Shown in pieces: positions 35,456-48,960 of a stretch of DNA of 64,000 nucleotides (the first letter of the stretch is position 1; every line of letters starts with the position of its first letter). Origin of the DNA: Vicugna vicugna. Lineage: Eukaryota. Below the pieces are notes generated by a model. That model saw only the letters and a program-made list of their open reading frames with translations. It ran no database searches and was not told the DNA's origin. A program made the position numbers and the translations under genes. The stretch covers positions 992,001 through 1,056,000 of the forward strand of contig MU057701.1 in the NCBI GenBank assembly GCA_013265495.1, in the 5' to 3' direction.

Positions 35456-36240
35456 TGTGATTTATAATAAATATGCATTTGGTCTTGGTCCTGTTTCTGG
35501 CACAGAGATCCTAAAACCTTTGGAATTTCTGAAGTGAAGAGAGTGGTAAAGATGTCTTTTGTTATGTTAATGTGACTTTTGGACTGCACCTAAGGTTAGG
35601 CGCTGGTTGCCAGGAGACCCAACCACGTGATTAGAGAGTTGGCACTTTCAGTCCCACCTCCCTGACCTCCCTGGAGGGGACAGGGGCTGGAGATTGAATT
35701 CAATTACCAATGGCCAGTGATTTAATCAATCGTGCCTGTGTAATGAAGCCTCAATAAAAACTCTTAAGGAGAGGGTTTTGAGAGCTTCCGGGTTGGTGAG
35801 CATGTAGAGATTGCTGAGTAGCATTACTTGCTCTTTCTGCACACCTTGTCCCATATATCTCTTCCATCTCTCTGTTCCTGAATTATATCCTTTTGTGATA
35901 AACTGGCAATCTAGTAAGTAAAATGTTTCTCTGAGTTCTGTGAGCTGCTCTAGCAGATTGATCGAACCTAAGGAGGGGATTGTTGGAACCTCTGATCTGT
36001 AGCCAGTCAGTCAGAAGTACCGAAAATAACCTGGGTTTATGATTGACGTCTGAAGCAGGGTGTGGGCAGTCTTGTAGGACTGAGCCCTTAACCCGTGGAA
36101 TCTGACACATCTCCAGGGAGATAGTGTCAGAATTGAATTGAATTGTAGGATACCCAGCTGGTGTCCGAGCATTACTTGGTGGTGTGGGGGGGGGTGGGGG
36201 ACCCCCCCCCCGTCTACACATTGGAATTTGGGCTCAGAAA
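35456..36240 (+). mobile_element. MER21-like solo LTR
   Basis: Starts TGTGATTTATAATAAATATG; contains CAATGGCCAGTGATTTAATCAATCGTGCCTGTGTAATGAAGCCTC, TTTCTCTGAGTTCTGTGAGCTGCTCTAGCA and GATAGTGTCAGAATTGAATTG. Confidence 0.8.
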
Positions 36241-37314
36241 CCTTTTATTTTTATAAGGATATTTGCTGCATTGTTAATTAATTAGCAAAAGACTGGAAAC
36301 AACCTAATAAGCGATTGGTTAAATAAATTAAGATATATCCTAGTTGTGCCCTAATATGGAATGATAATTAAAGAAAACAAAGTCTGAAAAAGATATGTAT
36401 TATCAGTTTCCAAATTGTAATATTGTCTAAATCCCTAATATTGTCCCCAAGTTGGGGGCTGGGACAAAATTGAAGGATGCTTTTTCACTGTGTACAACTT
36501 TGATTTTTGAGTAAAACTTACTGCTCATTCACAGAAAACTAACATTTCTATTTTAAAAATTAAAAAAAGAAGTTGCCAGTGGTAGGGCTGATCTTTAGGA
36601 AGACTCCCTTAGGGGGCTCCTTGTGTTTAGGTACGTATAAGGCAAAGGACACCACCAGACTCTGGGGGCTTCTGGAGTGTGGCGTCTAAGGCCATTCCAC
36701 CTAAACCCCTTGGAGTACAGAGCTCAAAAGTTGCTGGGGAGAGGTGGCAAAATCTGCCCTTAATGAGGCTTACTGATATTAGAATCTCACTGCTGGACTG
36801 AGCTGGTCCTCACTGTTGTCCGAAGGCCGTGGGGGACTGGAGGAGGAACTCACCAGATGAGCCAAAGAGGGGCTGAGGCTGGAAGCCTGCCCTCCTGGGG
36901 AAAGGAGCAGGGGTGGCCAGCTTGTGCCCAAGGGCCCAGTAGCCTCCTTCCAACCCTGTGGGAGAGGCACCCTGGCAACCATGGCAAAGATGGGCTCCTT
37001 TGGAGACTGACCGATTTTCTCAGTCAAGAGAAAGCCCAGAAGATTTTTGGAAAAGCTTCCTGGGATAAAAGGAAGACAGCAACACGTCTCCAGTCATGTC
37101 AGTTTTAAAGAAGATGGATCTTTATTTTTGTACCTTATGCTGGAGAAGCAGGACAAATTTGTTAACGCTTAAATAATAGCATGATCAGCAACTTTCTCCT
37201 TAGTGCTTTCCCGCATTGTATATTATTGGTTTATTTGAAGCAGATACTGAGAAGTAAGATTATGGAGTTAAAAGCTGTGGACATTTTATGTGTGACTTTG
37301 TCAAAGGATTACAT

Positions 37315-37845
37315 CCACTTCATATATTTCCAGCCGTGTGAAAAACAATGAAAACTTGTACATGAATGTTCCTAATCGACAATATGGAAACATCCCAAAT
37401 GTTTCCCACATCCCCCAAATGATGACGAGGTAGACAAAAATGTGGTATATCCATACAGCAGAACCTTATTTGACAATGAAAACGATTAAAATACTGATAC
37501 ATGCCATGACATGGATAACCTTGAAAATGTTATGGGAAATGAGAGAAGCCAGTCACAAAAAGCCACATATTTATGTCCATTTATTTGAAATATCCAGAAT
37601 AAGCAAATCTGTAAAGGCAGAAAGTAGATTAGTGGTTGTCTACTGCTGAAGGAGACAGGGGTGGGAAATGACTGTTAGTGGGTTTGGTGTTTCTTCCTGG
37701 GCTGATGAAAATGTTCTAAAATTAGCTAGTGATATGGTGGTACAACTCTGTGAATATACTAAAAACCACCGGATTGTACAGTTTAAAAGGACGAATTGTA
37801 TGGTAAGTGAATTATACCTCAAAAAGGCTATTACCAAAAAAGGCA
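37315..37845 (+). mobile_element. L1MB-like 3' end
   Basis: AAAATGTGGTATATCCATACA...AAAGTAGATTAGTGGTTG...GATGAAAATGTTCTAAAATTAG...TGTATGGTAAGTGAATTATACCTCAA. Confidence 0.85.
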
Positions 37846-38809
37846 ATAAGTTCTAAGAAACTCTTAACATGAGGTTCTTTTTTATTGTTATATTTTCCTG
37901 ATTCAATTAATTGTAAGTATTTTAATATTTGAATACTTTAAAAAATTTCTGGAAAATTTAAAACCTTTTTTTTTTTTGGATGAATTGTATGTGCAAGTAC
38001 TTTACCCAGTAATCTTTTGGGTTATTGGGATTTTTTTCTTGTGAACTTATTTATCTACATAATAAAAATTTTAAACTTTTGTAGTCACCTTTGGGAACAG
38101 ACTACAGTCTGTTTCTTTTACTTTTGTGTTAATTTTTCTTGGGTATACATAAGTATAAAAAATAATTTTATAGAGTTAAATCCATAATTTTTTCTTTTGT
38201 AATCACTTTTATTGTTTTTAGATTTGGGAATTTATTCTCTGTAGGAAATAATATAGAAAAGTAAATGAGTCAGAAATAAGGCTGACTTGATAATAAGTTG
38301 AAGGGCTGATACTTTGAAATAGTAAAACAATCTGATGATCTAAGTAGACAAAAAAGGGGGGAACCACCACATAACTAGAATTAGAAATAGAAAGAAAATA
38401 GAATACAGATGGGAAGAAACACCTCAAAAATTAAAACATGTGATGTTCAGCTCAATTCTAGTAACTCTGCAATTCTTGATGAAGTGGGAAATTTTTCTGG
38501 GGAAATGAAAGTGACCAAAATTAATCCATGAAAAAGCACTCTATCAGAATAAGTAAACAGGTTTGGAAGAAACCGAATATGTTTGTCATTAAAGAAAAAA
38601 GTCAATTCCAAGAAAATCTCTGAGTCCAGAGAATTTGCCAGTCTGTGCTGTCAGCTTTCAGGAAAACAAAGGCTAGTGGCCATGCAGCAAGATTGAATCT
38701 CATTTTTCCAAGAAAAGGTTGTAACCGGAAAGAGTTCATGTCCTTTGACCTCAAGGTAATCTCAATTCTAGAACTCATACTAATAAAATAACCAGGGATT
38801 TTTGACTAA

Positions 38810-39010
38810 GATTATTCATTGTAGATGTAAACTAGTGAAAAATTGGAAACAACATAAATATTCAACAGTAAATGGGCAATAAATGGGAATGGGCAATAAA
38901 TCAAGTGTATTTACAGGATAAAGCACTATATAGCCACTGAAAATCATAATATTTAATGATATGGAAACAGTCTCATGATAGGTGAAAAATCGGGATATAA
39001 AGTTGATTTT
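38810..39010 (+). mobile_element. Ancient L1 fragment
   Basis: GAAAAATTGGAAACAACATAAATATTCAACAGTA...CTATATAGCCACTGAAAATCAT. Confidence 0.5.
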
Positions 39011-39764
39011 ACAATATAGTCCCAACTTGGTTTAAAATTTTTTTATGTTTATGCATAAAAACATAACTAGACAGAAATATTAATAGTGTTTATATCTGAA
39101 TATATAAAATTTTCTTCTTTGTAGTTCTCTGATGTTCCAAGTCTTCCATTTTGAACATATATTACTTTTATAATCAGAAAAATATTTAAAATACATAAAT
39201 TTACATAGAATAAGAAATAAAGGAAATATATCAAAATAATAACAATGGTCATCTTTGAGTGGTGGTAGATAAAAAATTATTTTTGGTTTCTCCTTTATAG
39301 TGTTTACCCTTTTCCAAATTTTATGAGCAATTATTACTTTTATAATAAACATTTTAAAAAACAATCAGTCTCCATAGGCTAGATAATCTTTTAATTATAT
39401 TTTTAAGGTTTTCATAATTATTTTTAAGTGAATGTTACATATGAGAAATATCACATTTTTTGTAATTTATTTTCCATTAATGTATTATAACCACTTTTAA
39501 TGAACATTTTAATGTCCTTATATATTCATCTAAAATACTTTTAATGGCTACATATTTTCTTATTAATGTTTCTTTTTTTAACTAGACTTTGATTTTCTTT
39601 TTCTAATTCAAACTCTGCTTAAATGAACATTCTTACTCATCAGTCTTTCTCAGATAGTCCTCCAGTTTTTAAGTTCTCTATAGTCTCCTGCATGAGGGTA
39701 GTATAGCCTTGGATTTCTCTCCAGGGCTGCAGGGCACTTATCCCCTCCCCAGTGAGCAGTCCAG

Positions 39765-39930
39765 TCCAGTGCCCCTCCAACTTAAATGTGTATTTGAATC
39801 ACCTGGGCATCTTTTTGTACTGCAGGTTCTGATTCAGTAGGTCTGGGCTGGCCCTGAGACCCAGCACTTTTTTTGAATGGTCTTCTCCTGAGGTCCATGC
39901 TCTGGTTCTGCAGATCACACTTCGAGGAGC
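39765..39930. mobile_element. MER5-like hAT-Charlie element
   Basis: GAATCACCTGGGCATCTT...TTCTGATTCAGTAGGTCTGGGCTGGCCCTGAGA...GATCACACTTCGAG. Confidence 0.75.
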
Positions 39931-41568
39931 CAGGTTCCAAGCCAGTGTATCTTCTGCCAATTCAAACGACTCAAAAAGCCTTCCTCCTGTCTCAAGGTCT
40001 GTCTCAACAGAATTCCAATCCCAGCTCCACCACACTGGTTATGGCTCCTCCCTACAAAACCACATGAAAGAAGTTTAATTCAGCTGAACGTGATTTCTTT
40101 CTGGTTGTTTTAGGCAGCAGATGTGTTCCTCTGAGTTTTCTTTCTCAGCTTTACCAAACATTCTGCATGGAATATGGCTTGATGCCCCCTCCGCATCTTG
40201 ATTCCGTTGTCCTTTGTCCCTTTCACAGTATAGCACCCAGAACTGAGACTATTATTGCTTGTAGTGTAGGCTGATGGACTGCAGGTGGAGGGGGAACATC
40301 ATGACCCTCATCCTCAGTAGAATACTGCTATGAATTCAACTAAGAGCCCATGGTCAGCCCCTGAAGTCGTTTCTACAGGGGCTGTTGTTGATTCACATCT
40401 CCCTCAACTTCTACTTTAGCAATTGACTCTGAATCCAAGTGACCCAATGGATCCCACTTGAATCTGGCATAGGGCTGTCCTTGTCTCAGAGAAAAATGCT
40501 ATGACCACAGGAAGGGGGCGGTGTTGAGTCAGAGATCCCACCACCATTTGGACCAATATAAAGGTGTTGCTGGTATTTGCAAATCACACCTTTATTGGCT
40601 TCATTTAGGAATCTTGCTATTGACAATCACATTTCTGAATCGATAGCAATTGATGATCCTGCAGAAGTTTTTTTAGTTTATTGAAGTAATCTCCTAACTG
40701 TAACCATTTCTCTACCCCTTCCCATTCATCCAATATGGGGTACAATAATTTGTATTAGTAATATGTAATATTACTAACATATGTAACAAGACTGTAATAT
40801 ATACTCTTTGTGGAAAATTCAGAAAACATCAAAGTTAAAGAGGAAAGTGAAAATCCTATATAATGCTATCATCCAGTGGCAATCATTGTTGACATTTGGT
40901 ATATGTCATTCTTTCATTCTTTTGTATTTGCATATTTTCATCTTTCTAAAACCCAATATTTTAAACTGTCTTATTACTTGAGTAACAGATGTTCATGATA
41001 GAAAGAAGTGGAAAATATGAATATGCAAAAGAAGAAAGAGAAATCCCCATTATCTAGAAATAACCTCTAGTCACATTTTTGTATTTCTTTTGAGATACTT
41101 AAATCTACATACATATTATATTTTTTCTGTTAATAAATGAATTTATGCAGTAATAGTATATTATAAAGTTTTTTCACTTGAAAGCATGTTGCAGGTATTT
41201 TCCCAAGTAAAGAAATACACATATCAATAGTATTTAATATTTATATATTATATGTATGCTATGTATCCTATATTTTAAAAATATATTTCTGTAATAGTTT
41301 CTTAATGGCTGAATATATTCCATAGTATGAGTATAGCATAATTTATTTAACTGATCCTCTATGTTTAGATATTAAAATAGTTTACAGTTTCTTGATGGAA
41401 TATAGAGTTTTTATTCTAATTGGAATCATTGGGTAGGTCATGTGTTCTTAACTTCTTTGTTAATATGTACTACTTGGTGATGTTTAACTCAATGTTCTTA
41501 AACATTTTATGAATTTAACTTTATTACAAATATACAATTCAATGTATAGCTTATCTACTTGCTTTTTT

Positions 41569-43490
41569 TCTTTAACAATTTTTTACATTTTTATACAATT
41601 TTTTAAAGTTACTTTCCACTTACAGTTATTACAAAATATTGCGTATTTTCCTTGCATTGTACAATACATCCTTGAGCCTATCTTATACCCAATAGTTTGT
41701 ACCACTCAGTCCCCCACTCCTATATTACCCCCCATTGGTAACCAGTAGTTTGTACTCTATATCTGTGGGTCGGCTTCTTTTTTGTTATATTCACAAGTTT
41801 ATTGTATTTTTTAGATTCCACATATAAGTGATATCATACAGTATTTGTCTTTCTCTGACTTATTTCACTTAGCATAATGCCTTCCAAGTCCATCCATGTT
41901 GCTGCAAATGGCAAAATTTTGTTCTTTAAATTGTGTTCTGTGGCAGAGTAGTATTCCAGTGTGAGTATATATATATATATATATATATACACACCACATC
42001 TTCTTTATCCATTCATCTGTTGATGGACACATAGTTTGCTTCTATGTCTTGGCAATTGTAAATGATGCTGCTATGAACATTTGGGTGCATGTATCTTTTT
42101 GAGTAAGCATTTTTTTGTTTTGTTTTGTTTTGTTTTCTAATATATACCCAGAGTGGAATTGCTGGGTCATATGATAGTTTTATTTTTAGTTTTCTGAGCC
42201 ACTGTTTTCTGCAGCGGCTGCACCAATTTACATGCCCAGCAACAGTGTACGAGGGTTCCATTTTCTCCATATCCTCACCAATGTTTGTTATTTGTGTTCT
42301 TTTTGATGATAGCCATTCTGACAGGCGTGATGTGACATCTCATGTGGCTTTGATTTGCATTTCCATGATGATTAGCAATGTTGAGTATCTTTTCATGTGC
42401 CTGTTGGCCATCTGCATTTCCTCTTTGGAAAAATGTCTATTCAGTTCATCTGCCCATTTTTAAATTGGGTTTTTTTTTTAATGTTAAATTGTATGAGCTG
42501 TTTTTATGTGTTTGATATTAATCCTTTATTGGTCATATCATTTGCAAATATTTTCCCCCATTCAGTAGGTTGTCCTTTCGTTTTGTCAATGGTTTCCTTT
42601 GCTGTGCAAAAGCTTTTAAGTTTAATTGGGTCTCATTTGTTTATCTTACTTTTATTTTCTTTACTTTAGGAGATGGATCCAAAACAATATTGTCAGAGTG
42701 TTCTGCATATGTTTTATGAGTTTTATAGTATCTGGTTTTACATTTAGGTCTCTAAACCATTTTGAGTTAATTTTTGTATATGGTGTTAGAAAATGTTCTA
42801 ATTTCATTCTTTTACATATAGCTGTCCAGTTTCTCCAGCACCCCTTGCTGAAGAGACTGTCTTTTCTCCATTGTATATTCTTGCCTCCTTTGTCGTAGAT
42901 TAATTGACCATAGGTGTGTGGGTTTGTTTCTGGGCTCTCTAGCCTAATCCATTGAGCTATGTGCCTGTTTTTGTGCCAGTACTATATTGTTTTGGTTACT
43001 GTAGCTTTGTACTATAGTCTGAAGTCAAGGAGCATGATTCCTCCAGCTCTGTACTTCTTTTCTTTTAAGCAGAGAAAGGTTTATTGCAGAGCCAAGCAAG
43101 GAGGATGAGCGGCTCAGCTCATGCTCAAAACATCTGAACTCCCTGATGGTTTTGGTGGAAAAGATTTTATAGGCAAATTTTGGGGTAAGGGCTGCTGGGC
43201 GTGTGACTTTCTTCTGATTGGTTGGTGGTGAGGTAACAGGCAGTGTTCCAGGAATTTTGTGCTTAACCTGAAGTTTTCATCTTTCCAGCTCTGTTCTTTT
43301 TTCTCAAGATTGTTTTGCCTATTCAGGGTATTTTATGTTTCCATACAATTTTTAAATTATTTTTTCTAGTTCTTTGAAAAATGCCATTTTATCAAGATTA
43401 TAATGAATCTGTAGATTGCCTTGGGTAGTATGGTCATTTTAACAATATTGATTCTTCCAATCCAAGAGCATGATATGTACTTCCATCTGT
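41569..43490 (-). mobile_element. ~1.9 kb 5'-truncated L1 (ORF2 3' part plus 3' UTR)
   Basis: Continuous L1 sequence (TTAGATTCCACATATAAGTG...GCTGTGCAAAAGCTTTTAAGTTTAATT...GGTCATTTTAACAATATTGATTCTTCCAATCC); degenerate TSD TCTACTTG(C/G)T(T/G)TTTT at 41554-41568 and 43491-43505. Confidence 0.92.
43057..43283 (-). mobile_element. Polyadenylated ERV LTR fragment inserted into L1 with a long TSD
   Basis: Interrupts L1 sequence; TSD TCCAGCTCTGT(A/T)CTT at 43042-43056 and 43284-43298; the minus strand reads ...CCAACCAATCAG...CCTATAAAA...AATAAACCTTTCTCTGCTT then an A-rich tail. Confidence 0.75.
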
Positions 43491-44959
43491 TCTACTTGGT
43501 GTTTTTGATGGCCAATATGGCATTCTACTAGTTGAGTATATTAAGATTGCTTAGGTATAATGTAATCACAAATGGCACATTAGAAATTGCTATTTCTGAC
43601 AAGAAAATTCACAATGTACGTTAAATAATATAGTAGATATCTTTAGTTTTATTTTCTATATACATTTTAAATTCATATGCATGAAAATTTTCTAGCATTT
43701 TCTCTCTGCATGCCTCTTCTCAAGTATGTAAAAGCTGAGACAACTAAAGCCAACAGAACCTTCTCCTTTCAGGCTACTCTACCATGAGGGTAGGCAGATT
43801 TCACTTTGGTTAACTCAGAGTTCTTTCTTGAATCTCCTGTGTAATGACGTAAGAGAGGAATTCCCTCTGTGGTCTTAACTGGCTCAATTGCTTTTCATGG
43901 CTTCAGTTCTATGGAAAACTATTTTAGAGAACATTTAGTGAACTTAATCTGTATGTTTTCACATTGTGAGGATTTACTCTGTAAGAATATTATTTCACCT
44001 GTAGTTGGAGAAAGTGGCTTGTTTTGGCAATCTTTCTTTTGTTATGAGAATTCACATGAGCCAAATTTCACTTTCAGAAATACTGTGGGCCAAGTTTCAT
44101 GCTGTGTAAGTTCATACCTAAAGACTGCAAATTTCTGAATGGGTTCATAAAATGAAAAACAACTTACTTGTGCTTGCTGCCTTTCCTTAGAAATTAATTC
44201 CAGAATGTTTTAAATGCCTGCATACACTCATAGGTTTAAACTGTTAATGATAGTAGTGAATGAATTCTGAAAAAAGACCCATCAATATTTTCTGATGGAT
44301 TAGACCACATGTTTAATAATTTTGCAAATAAGGAAATTCTGATATTGAGGGGACACCTTCTTGGTTCCAATAAAGATGATAAAAGTCATCCTGAAGAATA
44401 TTTTTAAAGATGCAATTTGAAAATTACGTAAGAATTCCATTCAAGCTTGACAGGGCTTGGTGTAATAAATATTTGATGAATGAATGTATACTTCATATTT
44501 ATTCTACCAGGATAGTAAAAAAAAATATGGCTCCAGTCTCTTGATTGCCATATGAAATATCTTTTGGTAGGGGCACAAATGGACTGGGTGTCATTTTACC
44601 TTTGAGTTTAAATATTTGGTTTTCAGATGCTTTCCTGCTGTTGTCTCATCCCAGTCTCAATTCATTGACCATGGTGCTGCTTTTCTAATTCTCTATACTG
44701 AATCCATGTTCCACTTCTTGGCATCATCTGCCATCTCTGGTTGAGAGTCCTTGTCGTCTGGAAGCTTAGGTGATGTTGACCATGAAATAGGCCAACCTAC
44801 TGAACACTTCCTGAACTACAAACATGGGAATGGGACATAATGTTGTTGCAGAAAAGTGTTTATAGCATCAGTCTTTCTGTGGAACGAGAAAAGAAAATCC
44901 TTTTTCAGTTCAGTCCCTAATCAAATGCTAACTTTTCATAGGCTTTACATAGTCCCTCT

Positions 44960-45252
44960 CCCTCTTGACAGTCTGCCCTGCCTCCACGTGAACAAGCCCA
45001 GGCTAGTCTGCTGGAGGATGAGAGACCACGTGGAGCAAAGGCCATCTCACCTAAGGCCATCTTAGACCAGCCAGTCCCCAGATGATCTGCTAGCTAACTG
45101 GCTGCTGGCCAAAGATACATGAATGAGTCCAGCTGAGATCAGAAGCCCAGTACAAATCGCTGACCCATATAATTGTGAGCTAAATAAATTATTGTTGTTT
45201 TACACACTGAATTATGAGGTGGCTTGTTACACAGCAAAAGCTAAGTGGTTCA
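44960..45252 (+). mobile_element. MLT1 (G/H-like) LTR fragment
   Basis: GAGGATGAGAGACCACGTGGAGC...AATTGTGAGCTAAATAAATTATTGTTGTTTTA...GGCTTGTTACACAGCAAAAGCTAA. Confidence 0.75.
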
Positions 45253-45359
45253 TCCTGCTAGGGAGGTCTGGTTACATCATAGGTTTAATAACTGGGTCAA
45301 TTTTACTTGATTTTAAGGCAGCTTTTGGAGCTATCCTGTTCTTCCTTAACATCCTCAGC

Positions 45360-46178
45360 TCTACTGTAGCACTTTAGTGTGGTCATGGAGCTCTCGGGCA
45401 CTGTAGTCACAGACCTGAGTCTGAATCCAGTGTCTTCCACTTGTTAGCTGTATGACCTTGTGCAAGTCCCTTTCCTCTCTCTGAGCCTTATCTTCTCAAC
45501 TGTAAATCATGGAAAAGAATATCACTGAATAATATTACTTGTGGTCACTTATCCAATACCCATTCCTGGCCCCCATATTTCCTTCCTAACAGAACCCTGA
45601 TTTCATCCGGGTATTCATACGTCCTCTGCATTGTTCTCTGCATTCTCTACATAGCCCAGATCAGGAGGTAATTCCTTATTAGTCTCAACTGATCTTGGAA
45701 ATTCCATTCCCCTTGCCAATGATTAGTTTAAGAGTGGCCTCTGATCAAAGTCTGACCCGTGGGAGATGATGAAAGGGAAAGATGCTGCTATCGAAGGGAT
45801 TCTGGGAAAGATTTCTTCATTCCTAAGAAGCAGACAGAGGAAGAGATGATCTATCCCTTCTGAAGATTGTTTCGTCTGGACGTGAGGCCTGGGACTGTGG
45901 TAGCCATCTACAAAGGGCAAAACCAAATGCCCTGAGGAAGGCAGAGGCATGAGATGGAAAGAACCTGGGTCCTTATCACTCAAGTACTGAAACTCCAATT
46001 ATGGAAGCAACCCTATCTCAGAGCTATTCATTAGGAGAAATAATAAACCTTCCCTGTTATTTAAGTTTGAGTCAGGTTTTCTGTTTCTTGCTAACCCAAG
46101 CAGCCTATATGATATATCATTTAGCCCAGCATTGAGCACAGAGTGAGCCCTCAGTGAATATTAGCTCTTGTTATGATT
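45360..46178 (+). mobile_element. MIR (45360-45525 and ~46120-46178) split by an old MLT1 (J/K-like) LTR (~45540-46116)
   Basis: MIR core TTAGCTGTATGACCTTGTGCAAGTC...CTCTGAGCC; LTR motifs CTTCCTAACAGAACCCTGATTT, GGATTCTGGGAAAGATTTC, GATGGAAAGAACCTGGGTCCTT; MIR tail GAGCACAGAGTGAGCCCTCAGTGAATATTAGC. Confidence 0.7.
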
Positions 46179-46299
46179 ATATTGGCTTCTTTCCCTCAAC
46201 CTTTAAATGGTTTCAGATTTCACAGATCTTGGAAAAACAACTGTACTGCAGTCTACTGACCCTCCCAAGAATGACACTGTCCTCTGTACTTAAGGCCCT

Positions 46300-46492
46300 A
46301 GATCTATGGCCAGTGGGCCAAATCTAGCCCACTGCTTGCTTTTGTAAATCAAGCTTTATTAGACCACAGCTACACCCATCCATCTGTGGCTACTTTTGCA
46401 TTACAACACCAGAGGTGAGGAGTTGCTGTGGCTAACAAGGCCTGAAATACATACTCCCTGGCCCCTAACAGAAAAAGTTTGCCAGCCTGTTT
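46300..46492 (+). mobile_element. MER58A-like hAT-Charlie element
   Basis: CTATGGCCAGTGGGCCAAATCTAGCCCACTGC...TTTTGTAAATCAAG...CTGGCCCCTAACAGAAAAAGTTTGCC. Confidence 0.8.
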
Positions 46493-47841
46493 TCTAGAAC
46501 CAATTCTTCACCTCCTCAGTGATTATTCACTTGGAGACCTAGTTAATCATGCAGATTGCCGCTTCCACCTCAGAGATTCTGCTTCCCTGGCTGAATCGGC
46601 TGGGATTCTTGGGGCAAGTGACTGAAAACCTGATCCAAACTATGTGATGGCTTTAGAATGGCTGGACCCAGGAACCCAATGGGATAATCAGGATCAGAGA
46701 TTCCATTCTCTCCATCTCTTGGCCCCTCTTCCTCTGTGTTGACTCCAATCTCAGACAGTGTCTGCCATTGAAGGCCACAATGTGGCCCAGCAGTGCCTGT
46801 CCTTCCCAGAGTATGTTTAGAGGGAAACAGGTAAAATCTTTCTTAACATGGTCAGTAAAACTTTGGAGAAGCACTGTGGTGGGTTTGACCCAAGCATTGA
46901 AAATGCACTCTGGAGAGCAAAGGATAATTCCCTTCTTCCCCTTTGTATTTTATGTATTGTTCCTTGTCGATTGTTTTCTTCCACTAGATTACAAACTCTA
47001 AGAACAGTGCTCAGCAGCTCTTATGTGCTTAGTAAATATCGTCTTGAATGAACGAATGTATATTTTTTAAAAAAATGGAGTTGGGATCAGTCCTCACATA
47101 TATTTCTGTTTTTTGCTTTTAAAATATTTGTGTATTTATATCATGAGCATTCCTTTTATGCCACTAAAGCTGTTTGGATTGGATTCTAAAAGTGAACAGC
47201 CATTGAAGGTTTTTAAGCAATGGTTTGACATTGACCCATTGGCTTATGAGCCATGTTGATCTCATTCTGGCCCATACTCTCCGCATTACCCATAAAGACT
47301 GCATCATACAAATATTTCCACATCTCCTCCCATCCCGCCCTTAGAGAATCATGTTGTAGCTACTACAGTTTTTATTTTGAAGATGATTGGTTATGACTCT
47401 TTTTTTGAGCCTGTTCATGTTGCTCAGTTGTCCAAAGTGGTTGTAGTTGAGTGATGCGCCCGCTCCCTTTCCCCTGGGGCTGGGGCTGCTACCTCATCCC
47501 AAAAAGATGTGTTGCTTCATGATATCAGCTTACAGCAAACCATGCACAGATAACTTTTCAAACGTTTCATTGTAATACTTCCACGCTTAAATCACCAAAT
47601 TGGCTTTGGAAAATATGCAATCTCTTCAAATTACATTCTCTTTTAACTCAGAATTCACAATATAATAAGGTGGTCTGTTATACCTAAGACATTTGAAAAT
47701 GGGTACATAAAAATGGCCTAGATTTATAGGATTTTAACATTTTTTAAAAAGCACAGTATTGTAAATGCAACAAATAATAAAAACTAGCTATACAATATAC
47801 CTATTGTACATAATATAATGGGGTATGGAAGGGACTTAGGG

Positions 47842-48303
47842 ATTAAATTAGTTTCCTGGGGTTTTCTTGACAAAGTATCACAAACTTGGTGGCTAAAAAC
47901 AACAGAAATTTACTGTCCCACAGTTCTGAAGGCTTGAAGTCCAAAATTAAGGTGTTGGCATGGCCATGCTCTCTCCACTCTGGGCAGAATCCTTCCTTGC
48001 CTCTCCCTAGCTTCTGGTAGTGGCCAACAATCCTTGGCATTCCTTGGCTGGCAGCTACACACTCCAATCTCTGCCTCTGTCATCACATGACATTCTTCCT
48101 GTGTGTTTCTGACTTCACACAGCATTTTCCTCTTCTTTAACAATACCAGTCATATGGAATTAGGACCCACCCTAATGGCCTCATCTTAATTTGATTACAT
48201 CTTCAGAGACCCTATTTCCAAATGAAGTTCCATTCACAGGTACAGGGGGTGGAGTTGAGAGCTTCAACATATCTTCTTGGGGCACGTAATTCAACCTATA
48301 ACT
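47842..48303 (-). mobile_element. MLT1C-like solo LTR
   Basis: ATTAGTTTCCTGGGG...CACAAACTTGGTGGCTAAAAACAACAGAAATTTA...CCTCATCTTAATTTGATTACATC...AATTCAACCTATAAC. Confidence 0.88.
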
Positions 48304-48669
48304 GAGGTCATCTAGTCTACCTCTCTACTGGACCTATGAATCTGCTGTAAAAGATCTGTCCAATTTTAAGACTTAGGCACAAAGCATGACAGTCAATTTA
48401 AGTTAAAACCAGAGTAGATGAGGTAGGGGCAGGAAGAGGGTCCTGGCACCAGATGTTCCCACTCTCACTAGGGTGAAATGGTTGCTGTTGAACAGACCTA
48501 GGTAAAGAAATTGGTTGCAGAGCTGGATGGGTAGGATAAGGTCTAATGAGTGATGCAGGGAAAATCTGGTCCTGGGCAGAGCACAGAGCCCACTAGCGGG
48601 GAATTCAGTTGACTGGTGGCAAATATTCTGGAAGTAGATGGGTGGGATGGTCATCATCCTCTAGATCAC

Positions 48670-48960
48670 CACATGGTTCAGTAGAAGTATAAAGTGAGTC
48701 ACATTTGTAGTTTCAATTTTTCCATTAGTCACACTAGAAAAAGTAAGAATAGGGAAATTAACTTTAAGCCTTTATTCAATCCAATATATCCAAAATATTA
48801 TCATTTCAATATGCCATCAGTATAAAAAAAATAAGATATTTTGCCTTCTTTTTTCCCATACTGAGTCTTTAAAAATCCCATGTGCATTTTGTACTTGCAG
48901 CACATTGCTAACCATATAGCATCTTAGCCATATGAATCAGACTGCACTAGATTCCAGAAA
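48670..48960. mobile_element. MER33/MER3-like hAT-Charlie element
   Basis: CCAATATATCCAAAATATTATCATTTCAATATG...TGTGCATTTTGTACTTGCAGCACAT. Confidence 0.7.

Noticed and set aside
36181..36211. G-run/C-run hairpin or G4-like motif
   Set aside because: Homopolymer expansion at the end of the MER21-like LTR; no evidence of function.
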